Shown: positions 55,836 to 64,000 of the stretch, in pieces
How the letters are laid out: each line of letters starts with the position of its first letter
How positions within the stretch are numbered: the stretch's first letter is position 1
Assembly: GCA_965203905.1 (NCBI GenBank)
Contig: CBDBDQ010000005.1
Location: 1,856,001-1,920,000, forward strand
Direction: 5' to 3'
Length of the DNA: 64,000 bases
Source: Spirochaetia bacterium
GTDB taxonomy: Bacteria; Spirochaetota; Spirochaetia; SZUA-6; Bin103
Translations under genes and position numbers: made by a program
The notes under the pieces: generated by a model
What the model was told of the DNA's origin: nothing
The model's database searches: none
What the model saw: the letters and a program-made list of their open reading frames with translations, nothing else

Positions 55836-56146
55836 ATGAAAGCCGCGGACGAGTCGGTCGCGTCCAGCGACACCGCGCCAGTACAGAACCCCGCCGCCGC
55901 TTATCGCGAACGCCTCCACCCGTCCGGGCGCCGCAGCATGCGCCGGGAACTCGCCACAACGAGCGGCAGGTCTACGCGACCAACGGCGGCAAGGAAGCGA
56001 TCGACGCCTGGATCGCGATCCGCGGCGGCTGGCCGGGCCCCCTGCTGTGCCCGGTCGCCAAGGGCGGGCGCATCAAGCCACGGGACATGACCGCTCAGGC
56101 TGTGATGGTGCGGGTGCGCAGCATCGCAGAGCAGGCGGGGCGTTGA
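55836..56146 (+). pseudogene. Internally deleted copy of the tyrosine recombinase-like gene at 59142
   Basis: Matches 59085-59259 joined to 59700-59885 at TCG microhomology. Confidence 0.85.
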
Positions 56147-56410
56147 CCTGGTTACCCCAATATGGGATGCTGACTCGGACGATGGGAGAAGTGGTGGGGT
56201 GTGGCATCCGGTTCCCGGACGACTACCGGCTGGGAGTGCACGAAGAGAGCGCCACCACGGCGCACATGATTCTGCTGCCCTCGAATGAGTTCAGCCGGGT
56301 TGAACTGAAATCTGCTGCTGGAGGCCATCACGGCGGCTCATCCTCTTGGTAGGATGATTGCTTGATTAACCAGACATTAAGCGGTCCAGCACAATACAAA
56401 GGACTTGGCC

Positions 56411-56776
56411 ATGCGTATTTCGATTCTGCTGATTCTTGTGGTGGCGCTGACTGGCTGCGCCACACTGTTCAACGACAAGACGCCCTCGGTCGGTATGCGG
56501 TCGAATCTGGACGCAGCCGAAGTGTATGTGAACGGGTCCTATGTAGGCGAAGCACCGATTGAGGTGGACCTGTCGATCCGGAAGGACCACACGATCCTGT
56601 TTCGGAAGGAAGGGTACCGGGACAAGACGTACAGGGTGACGAGGTCGGCGGGATTGGGGTGGATAGTCCTGGACATCCTGGGAGGGCTGGTGCCCCTGAT
56701 CGTGGACGCTGCGACGGGCGATTGGTTCATGCTGGACACGGATGAGGTGAACGTAGTTTTGCAGCCATCGGACTAG
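56411..56776 (+). CDS. PEGA-domain lipoprotein
   Basis: Lipobox LTGC; AEVYVNG.YVG.AP, KEGY; VDAATG. Confidence 0.85.
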   Translation: MRISILLILVVALTGCATLFNDKTPSVGMRSNLDAAEVYVNGSYVGEAPIEVDLSIRKDHTILFRKEGYRDKTYRVTRSAGLGWIVLDILGGLVPLIVDAATGDWFMLDTDEVNVVLQPSD

Positions 56777-56907
56777 AGATAGCTTACGCCACGGGGGTTC
56801 GAATGACGCTACGCCGCGCGGCCGATCGAGGGAATCGTCTATATACCGTCACCGTCCGTGGCGGGAAGGATTCCAACCGCACGGGGCATCTAAAGAGGAG
56901 GTTCAAG

Positions 56908-57252
56908 ATGAAGAAGTTGACCCGCGGTAGGATGGCACTAATCTTAATACTGATCGTTTGTGTAAGTTGTGCAACGACCAAGATTCCAGCCGCTACAGGT
57001 GGTAGCAAGGCCGATGCTACGGTTGTTATGGGGTATCAATACGGTGGGTTTGAAAGACCTGTCGTTGATTGGGACGATGCAGCCGAGAAAGCCACTCAGA
57101 TATGTCAGAATTGGGGATACGATTATGCTGACACCTTCGGTGGAATAATGCGCGAATGCAACGCGTTTAATGCGTACGGCTGCACCGGTTATCTTGTTAC
57201 AGTCCAGTATCAGTGCATAGATAATAAGGAAAAATCGGACCGAAATGAATAG
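56908..57252 (+). CDS. YecR-like lipoprotein
   Basis: Lipobox, ATGGSKADATV.M.Y, C..WGY..A..FGG, YQC; strong RBS. Confidence 0.8.
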   Translation: MKKLTRGRMALILILIVCVSCATTKIPAATGGSKADATVVMGYQYGGFERPVVDWDDAAEKATQICQNWGYDYADTFGGIMRECNAFNAYGCTGYLVTVQYQCIDNKEKSDRNE

Positions 57253-57991
57253 ACTCTGCGTCATCGACCACGTGCGACGCCAGAGGCGGTAACCGTGGAA
57301 GGAGAGAAGATGAAGTCCAACTTTAGGACGACCGTCTGGACGGGAATGGAAAGCCATAAGGGCATTAGCACATCTTGGTAGGATCGTCCTGGCGCATCCG
57401 GAAGACGGGAGCGTCCGCAGCAGTTGTCGATCAGCTCAGGAAGAAAGCGGAAGCAGACCGGACTGTTTGCGCCAGCCGGCATTGATTTGCGGTGTCTCAT
57501 TGATCGCGCGTTTACGGACGCCGAGATTGACGCTCTCGTTGCGTGGAGCGAGTTGGTGGCGCAGGGGGGCCGGGAGCACACGAGTGCGCCGGCACTTGGT
57601 TGATAGAAGCAGTCTTACCGGAAGTCCCGCTTGGCCGAGTTCGTTTCTGCGAATGATGGCTGCTGATCCGAAACCAGCCCTGCGCGACGGCTGCCTATCA
57701 CGAGGCAACGCGGCTGTACCGCCGGTGCCGCCGAGAAGGCGAGACGGTGCGGCGGCTGATCGCCGCCGCCAGCGGTACCGGCGTCCCGGTGCTGCGCGAC
57801 GACTCTTTCGACGTGCTGGCCCTTCACACCGAACTCGATAAATCGTCCGGTGACTGGTAAATTTCAACTTCCCGTAACTGGCCTTTCTGTCGCGCCCTGG
57901 GACCGCTGCTCCGTTGCGCCGGACGGTCATGAGTGACGCCCGCCTGCTCCGGACGCCCATTGAGGGTCCGAATTCAAGCGCTTGGTGGCGG

Positions 57992-58669
57992 TTAGCGCAG
58001 GTGGGTATAAACGGAGTACTTGGCCATTTCGGAGTCGGTCATCCAGTGCATTCCGTCGGCGGGCGCAGCCTGGAGCGTGAACCAATAGAACTCCTGGTCG
58101 ATTGCGAGCGCGCGGTAGTAGTCGAGATAAATCCGGTGGGCCTCGGCTTCGCGGGAAATGGTGGCGCCCGTCGCGGAACCGTCCGCCCAGCTATGGACCC
58201 CGATCTTGGCACCGCGTTCGACAATACGCAGGATCCCGGCCAGGAGCAGGTCGGTGCCGCCGGAAGCGACTAGGCCACCGGACGGCAGGTAGGTGATGTA
58301 GTTCGCTTCGCGCAGCATGAGACCCAACTCCAGATTGGTTGTATCGTGCGCCGAGCCGGGGACGTGGGTTAGCACGACTACACCCACGTCGGGCGCGGCC
58401 AGCAACGCCTTGTATACGCGGCGGGCGCTACGGCGGTTGACCACGCCTTTGACGTACAGAAGGTCACCGCGTACCGAAAGCCGCAATCGGTCGCCCTCAG
58501 GTTCGACAAGATCGGCACCTGTCAGGTGCTCGGCTACCGACTGTGCCAGTCGCTCCACGTCGGCGTCAGTCACCGGATCGCGGTCCGGCAACGTCAACGC
58601 CGCAGCGTGGCCGCCGCAATAGACCGCCACGCTGCATAGCAGCAGGCCGCCGGTCGCAACCACACGCAT
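57992..58669 (-). CDS. Periplasmic ClpP/crotonase-like protein (COG3904-like)
   Basis: VPGS, ASGGTDL.LAG..R, IGVHSW, MHWM. Confidence 0.7.
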   Translation of the reverse strand: MRVVATGGLLLCSVAVYCGGHAAALTLPDRDPVTDADVERLAQSVAEHLTGADLVEPEGDRLRLSVRGDLLYVKGVVNRRSARRVYKALLAAPDVGVVVLTHVPGSAHDTTNLELGLMLREANYITYLPSGGLVASGGTDLLLAGILRIVERGAKIGVHSWADGSATGATISREAEAHRIYLDYYRALAIDQEFYWFTLQAAPADGMHWMTDSEMAKYSVYTHLR

Positions 58670-59141
58670 CACACCTGCAGGCCACGCCGCGTGAGATACC
58701 GTCATAGGCGCCGGCAACGCTCAGAGGCCCAGGGCCGTGGGCGAAGTGGCCAGCGGGTCGAATCCGTTGCGTGAGAGTCGCATGAGCGCACAAGGGTACC
58801 GCGTGGCAGGCACCAGCGGCCAGCTTTTTCGGGGGACAGCGATGGTCCCATCTGCCAACGCGACGACTATCTGGTAGCGATCTTGACTGGCGCTGACCTG
58901 TACAAGGGTGGTGGGATGCGAACGCGGGGACTAGAACGTGACCAAAAGGAGCCGGACTGCCGACCAACGCGAAAGTGGTTGGAGCTCCCACCGGACCCTA
59001 TCGTCGGCGCGCCAGTCCTCGAGCCAACCCGACGGCGGGCTGGGTAGGATTGGCCTGGTGCTTTCGCCGAAACAGGGTGGTACTGAGACGGTGGCAGAGC
59101 TTGTCGACCGCCGCGGCAGCGAGCCTTCTGGGCCTGCCGAA

Positions 59142-60027
59142 ATGAAGGCCGCGGACGAGTCGGTCGCACCCAACGACTCCGCGCCAGTACAGAACCCCGC
59201 CGCCGCTTATCTCGACCGCCTCCACCCGTCCGGGCGCCTCGGCATGGAACGGGAACTCGACTGCGCAGTGGCAATCTTCACGGACGACGCCGTCACAGAT
59301 GCGACGGCGTTCGACTGGTCGCAGATAGACCTGCAGCAGGTCCAAAAAATGCGTTCGGTCATGCTCGACCGCGGCGTCGCCGCCGGCACCGTCAACCACC
59401 ATGCTCTCCGGGGTCCGGAGCACGGTGCGCATAGCATGGGAACTCGGGCTGGTAGACGACAAGACGCGGATCGCTGTCGAGGACCAACGGAACGAGAAGC
59501 CACAGCCGCGCCGGCGTGCAGGACGATACGTCCAACGGGACGAGGTTCGCCGCTTGTTCGCGGCGCTTGGTACCGATCTTATCGGCGCCCGTGATGCAGC
59601 CATGCTCGCGCTACTCTACGGCGCCGGCCTGCAGCGCTCGCAAGCAGCCGCGCTGCAGCTCGCGGACTACGACCAGGTGTCCGGAGCCATCGTCATTCGC
59701 CACGACGAGCGGCAGGTCTACGCGACAGACGGCGGCAAGGAAGCGATCGGCGCCTGGATCGCGCGCCGCGGCGACTGGCCCGGAGCCCTGCTGTGCCCGG
59801 TTGCCAAGGGCGAAAAGCTCCAGCCGAAGGCCATGACCGCCCAGGCGGTGATGGATCGGGTGCGCACCATCGCCAAGCAGGCGGGCGTCGACCCGGTTAC
59901 TCCGAACGATCTACGCCGGACGTACTTGACCCAACTGGAGCAACGGCAACTCGATGCCCGGACGAAGGGCAGGCCCGAAGGGGTGCCGGCATCCGTAATG
60001 CTGTCCGTTCCGTACCAAGCGCCCTAA
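59142..60027 (+). pseudogene. Tyrosine recombinase-like gene, frameshifted near 59398, with degenerate catalytic motifs
   Basis: GARDAAML.LLYGAGLQRSQ, TPNDLRRT; SAM-like N-terminus; no C-terminal H/Y box. Confidence 0.8.
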
Positions 60028-60156
60028 CCTAATTCGACGATCAATCCGGCGGGGAGTGAACCAGCACAGCGCTCCAGGCGACAGAAGCACTCTTAACGGC
60101 AGCGGCAGGTCACTTGGCTCATGCGCGGCGGGGCAGCGCCCGGTCACTGAAAGACG

Positions 60157-60447
60157 TCAACGGTTTTGTAGCGCCTCCAGGGCATCCACCTGGTCGCTCT
60201 CGGCGACGGACAACCGGTAATGCTTCACGGCTTCCTGCTTCGCAGCCTCGGCATTGTCCGCCTGCCACACGATGACGTACAGCTGCAGCACGATCCCTTG
60301 ATCGCCCTCGGCCTCGACCGCGAGCGCATCGCCCACTGGCAACGGGCGCCAGCGCCAGCATGCCGATTCCAACGACTCGCCAGCACGGCACGTTACCTGC
60401 AGGGTCACCATCCACTGCTTTGGACGCCGTATATCGCACTGTTCCAT
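60157..60447 (-). CDS. Hypothetical protein
   Basis: 96-aa ORF with AGGAG RBS. Confidence 0.45.
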   Translation of the reverse strand: MEQCDIRRPKQWMVTLQVTCRAGESLESACWRWRPLPVGDALAVEAEGDQGIVLQLYVIVWQADNAEAAKQEAVKHYRLSVAESDQVDALEALQNR

Positions 60448-60486
60448 CGCGGATTCTCCTTGCTGTAAAAGCCGGTCCGCGGCTCT

Positions 60487-60687
60487 TCACAGTTCTGTCT
60501 CGGCTACCCCGGTATCCTTCATCAGTCGAAGCTGAATACTGATCTTCAGATCCCTGTTTCCGTGCACCGGGACTACCACCCTGCTGCTTCCACAGGACAA
60601 GGCGTGGTGGCTTCCCCTGATTCTATCTATGACCCACCCCTTGGACTGCGGGATCCGTACAAGTCGCCGTCCTGAAACGGCTTTCAC
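60487..60687 (-). CDS. hicA: HicA family toxin
   Basis: GW...RIRGSHH, VVVPVHGNRDL; GTG overlaps the hicB stop. Confidence 0.85.
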   Translation of the reverse strand: MKAVSGRRLVRIPQSKGWVIDRIRGSHHALSCGSSRVVVPVHGNRDLKISIQLRLMKDTGVAETEL

Positions 60688-60971
60688 ACAGCAACCTGTA
60701 GGACCTCGCGGACGTTCTCTTTGGGCTCGTTCATGGCCATGTAACGCTCCGGTTTCTCGGCAACTAGCTGCTCGGCGGCCCCCGCGCCATATCCCGCGTC
60801 GATGTAGCACTGGACGGCTTCGCGGACATTCCCTTCGAGCTCGTCCATGGTCTCGGCCTGGGTGTAACACCCCGGATACTCGGGCATCTCTGCCCAATAG
60901 CCGCCTTCCTCAGCACGATACACGTGGACGGTCACCATCGAACTGCCCTCTGTCGTGTCCTGACCCGCCAT
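60684..60971 (-). CDS. hicB: HicB family antitoxin (short form)
   Basis: AEEGGYWAE.P..PGCYTQAET.DEL..NVREA. Confidence 0.88.
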   Translation of the reverse strand: MAGQDTTEGSSMVTVHVYRAEEGGYWAEMPEYPGCYTQAETMDELEGNVREAVQCYIDAGYGAGAAEQLVAEKPERYMAMNEPKENVREVLQVAV

Positions 60972-61036
60972 GCGGTCCTCCGAAGGAGGCGGTGCTGGTC
61001 AGATCCCCGATCCCCAAGCGGCCCCCAGGTAGAGGC

Positions 61037-61504
61037 CTAGACCGCCCCTCCTTCGTGGCGAAGTAGTCTGGCGAGCTCGGTGCGCACCGTCAACGGCCGG
61101 CAGGCCGAGTAGCCGGTGGCCTCCGGGGGTGCTGCCCTTTGGGCGCCGCCGTAGAACCCATCGCGGCGGTAGCAGAGCATGGTGCGGGCAGAGCACAAAC
61201 CGCCGGCGGCAGGATCGTAGGTGAGTTGAGTCTCGGGCCAGCCGGCGGCCGGCCGCAGAACCACGATGACCTGATCGGAGACGCGAGAGAGGATCCAGGA
61301 TCCGGTTTCGGCGTGGCCTAGGCCGCGGCCGTCAAGAGAGAGGCGGCGGTAGGTGCCGTCAGGTGAGAGGTGGAGCCGATCGGAGTAGGTACCCTGGTGG
61401 ATGAGCCATGTGCCGGAGAGGTTGGGGAGATCGGCATGGGCGGTAGGACTGAGCAGCAGCAGCGGAAACGCGAGCATCAGGCGGGTGTGAGGATTACCCA
61501 TCAC
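61037..61504 (-). CDS. Hypothetical exported protein
   Basis: Signal peptide ending AHA; LSGTW lipocalin-like start. Confidence 0.55.
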   Translation of the reverse strand: MMGNPHTRLMLAFPLLLLSPTAHADLPNLSGTWLIHQGTYSDRLHLSPDGTYRRLSLDGRGLGHAETGSWILSRVSDQVIVVLRPAAGWPETQLTYDPAAGGLCSARTMLCYRRDGFYGGAQRAAPPEATGYSACRPLTVRTELARLLRHEGGAV

Positions 61505-61731
61505 TGAGCGGTGCTCCTACCAGAGGAAACCATGCCGGAGCCGGAAAGTTGCATTCCGAGCGCCCCGGACGCACCGTTTCCGCTGCCCTGCGATGGGTGC
61601 GGCTTGACGGTCGCCATTCTGCCGGCACCGTTACGGCCAGCAGGATCGCAGCCATGGCGGATAGCCGCGGCACTCACGGGCGTCACCGGGAGTCCCGCGC
61701 CGGTGACCCTGAGGGGGCGACAGCACACTCG

Positions 61732-62355
61732 TTACCGGAGAAGCCTGTACGCCTTCTCCACCGTGGAGAAGATGTTCGGAATCATCGCTGACTCGAACGC
61801 GGATAAGTCGATCCGCAATATTTCGTCGCTGGGGAACGGTGCGACCATCACCGGAAAGTTGGCGAAGTCGTAAACGATTGGGGCTCTGTTCTCTGCTGTT
61901 CTCAGCATCAGTTGGATAAGATAGAAATGGATTCCCTGCATCGGCTCATCCTCAGTTCGGAGGATCTTCGCATATTGGTCCATACGGTTGTTGAATACAT
62001 CAGCAAGCGGAACGCCTAGCGATGATTGAAATGCCTGTAGGAATGTCGGGATCAGCCTCTCTTGTAGTATGCTCTGGCGATGATAATCGTACCCTTCCTT
62101 GAGATGCCATACATCAAGACGGAAGTACATATACGTTCCAAGCTCAAAAATTGTTGCGTCACCCGTGAACTTACGGCGCGTTCGATCAAGGGAATCCCGC
62201 GAATATGGCTTGGATATTGTGCGCTCAGGCATGATGCTCTTGATCAGAATTACCGCTAACCCGTCCATAACAGAATTCGGATCGTCTTCTCTCATCGTTC
62301 TCTTGGCGTATCTTATAGCCTGATTGAGCCACTGACGGACCTTTGACCTACGCAT
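61732..62355 (-). CDS. Hypothetical protein (low GC)
   Basis: 208-codon ORF with AGGAG RBS. Confidence 0.6.
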   Translation of the reverse strand: MRRSKVRQWLNQAIRYAKRTMREDDPNSVMDGLAVILIKSIMPERTISKPYSRDSLDRTRRKFTGDATIFELGTYMYFRLDVWHLKEGYDYHRQSILQERLIPTFLQAFQSSLGVPLADVFNNRMDQYAKILRTEDEPMQGIHFYLIQLMLRTAENRAPIVYDFANFPVMVAPFPSDEILRIDLSAFESAMIPNIFSTVEKAYRLLR

Positions 62356-62647
62356 GAGCCTTCTCTCCTGCAGCGAAGCGGGTGCGACGGTGGGATCTCG
62401 GAGCGGCTGGTCGCCTGTATTACCCACCGTCAGCCGGGTGCCAGTCGCCCCCAGCGTAACGGCGCAGGGTGACAACAAAAGGGATATACACGGCCATGCA
62501 CAGGGTCAGGAATACGCCCAGGGCCACGCCGCCGCCCGCGATGGCGATGGCCTTGGCACTCACGGGCGCCATCATCCTCGACTGGCGCCACGGCGTCAAG
62601 CTGGCAGTATCCCTCGCTGCCGCCGCGTGCGACAGAACCACAGTTAT

Positions 62648-63345
62648 GTGCGTCCAGCAAAGGCTGGCGCGTTCAGCGGGAGACAGACCCGCCGGGGCAA
62701 AAGCCAGAGCCCCGTAGCTTGAGTGACAGGGAGGAGGGAAACCGAGTGAACTGAAGCTCACTGACACGGCCACCGGAAGGGTGGTCGGCGAGTCACCGGG
62801 CCGTAGCGAAAGCGAACGCGCAGGTGGCCACGAAATGTTCATGCCCCGGAGGCCGAGTCTGCGTAATTGGGATGAAGGCAACATGGCGCAGCGCAGACTG
62901 GCTGAAGCGCTGCGGCACTCCGGCGTGGTGGTAGCGACGGCACGGCGACAAGGACGCGCTAAGCAACTGGAGAAGCCCTCCTCGCCCCGGCGAGAAATCG
63001 GCGGAGCAAGGTAGGCCGTATAACCGGGAGCACCGGGTGGTCGGCCGACAGGCGAGAGGGTGGCGGCGAGGCTGGTAGTACCGAGGAAGCCGGGTAACGC
63101 CGGTGGAGGGAAGCGGCCCTGCTGCCTGCGACGACTTCGACAACATGGGAGGCAGAGGCGAGATGAGAAAGGCGCCGATCGAGCTGCGGGACCTGAGACG
63201 AAGGATATACGTGAAGGCGAAGGCAGAACCAGAATGGCGATTCTGGGGCCTGTTCGTACACGTGTGCAAGATGGAGACCCTGCGTGACGGGGTGACGTTC
63301 GAGTCCATCGAGGCCAGCGAGACCGCGGCAGCGCCGCTACCTTGA
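62648..63345 (+). mobile_element. Truncated group II intron: 5' RNA domains plus the first ~60 codons of the RT/maturase (from 63163)
   Basis: GTGCG 5' end; gtagtaccgaggaagccgggtaacgccggtggagggaag domain III-like motif; MRKAPIELRDLRRRIYVKAKAEP.WRFWGL.VHVCK. Confidence 0.85.
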
Positions 63346-63804
63346 TGTTGACTGAGCGATTTTCAGCGCCTCGTACAACCTCAGCATTTCATCAACTGTG
63401 GCTACCGCACCACTACGTCTACTCTTTCTTGCAGAATCCCGAAACTGCCTTAATGAAGATATGGTCCATTTTATGTAATCATCACAGTTTGCCCTGTATA
63501 TTTTGGTCTCTATTAGAAGCTTACAATCATTCAATACAATGTCATTCTCTGAGTCGTTGGCTATGTTTTTCACTAGAATCGCCACCGATGGCTGATGGGC
63601 AAAGTGAACTCCGCTATCGCGGCATTCTATCGATATCGGCGATTGAAGAAGTCTGATAGCTTTCCCCGGGCGGCATCCAGTAAAGTACGTATCGACAAAG
63701 TCCGTCGCAAATACATAATACCCGATTAGGGATGAAAAATCTTGGGGCACTGCTGCCGTGGCGATCAGCACACTCAGAAATGCCATGACGATGATACGCT
63801 TCAT
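63337..63804 (-). CDS. Hypothetical exported protein (low GC)
   Basis: MKRII signal peptide; GGAGGAG RBS. Confidence 0.65.
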   Translation of the reverse strand: MKRIIVMAFLSVLIATAAVPQDFSSLIGYYVFATDFVDTYFTGCRPGKAIRLLQSPISIECRDSGVHFAHQPSVAILVKNIANDSENDIVLNDCKLLIETKIYRANCDDYIKWTISSLRQFRDSARKSRRSGAVATVDEMLRLYEALKIAQSTSR

Positions 63805-64000
63805 TGTTCTCCTCCTCCCGCCTTCTCGCGGATAACGTCAGCTCGGCGCTGGTACCGCCAGAGCGTCAGCAACGGGCTATGTTTTGTTCCCGGCGGGACG
63901 GCCAGCAAAGCGAGCGCACCTGAGAACCGCACTCCGTTCACCATTATCTTACCTAACCGGAATAAAGTTCGAATGGACAAATGCCTCATCGTCAAATTCG

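Noticed and set aside
57700-57900. Possible WGR-domain remnant on the minus strand
   Set aside because: Fragmented over frames; similarity too weak.
55400-64000. Integron/attC cassette array
   Set aside because: The small genes look cassette-like, but orientations are mixed, I found no repeated RYYYAAC...GTTRRRY structure, and the recombinase shows no IntI features.

Overview
The window has a high-GC (about 70% by eye) bacterial backbone plus two accessory blocks. The gene order uvrC/holA-lexA-HPr-hprK-hpf-rpoN-ymdB suggests a spirochaete, and the cadherin/FN3 adhesin, Uma2 gene and MTase-HNH fusion resemble marine host-associated (e.g. sponge) symbionts; both points are inference. Backbone 1 (1-9300): higBA, trpS, htpG, a glycosyltransferase, a PhoB/PhoR-like pair, gltA and dcd. 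Block A (about 9338-27775) lies between dcd and tRNA-Ala(CGC) and is bounded by a degenerate copy of the tRNA 3' end. It holds an IS1-like remnant, a Uma2 nuclease gene that looks like a cassette inserted into a palindrome (11-bp direct repeat; the reconstructed empty site is a perfect inverted repeat), a giant cadherin/FN3 autotransporter-like adhesin behind a sigma54 promoter, two PAS kinases with duplicated transmitter modules and a sigma54 activator. Backbone 2 (27765-37205): tRNA-Ala, uvrC, holA, lexA, ptsH, hprK, hpf, rpoN, ymdB with a 13x18-bp repeat insertion, and chrA. Block B (38040 to the end, lower GC) starts at a 30-bp palindrome that truncates an HNH-family gene. It is a defence/MGE graveyard: MTase-McrB-McrC, an MTase-HNH fusion, IS1595/IS1/ISKra4-like remnants, a 233-bp structured insertion, an Ig-DUF1524 nuclease, a sacsin-like GHKL-DUF3883 protein, two degenerate tyrosine recombinases, hicBA, lipoproteins and a truncated group II intron. 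I saw no CRISPR array or rRNA. Family assignments come from motif recognition, not database searches.
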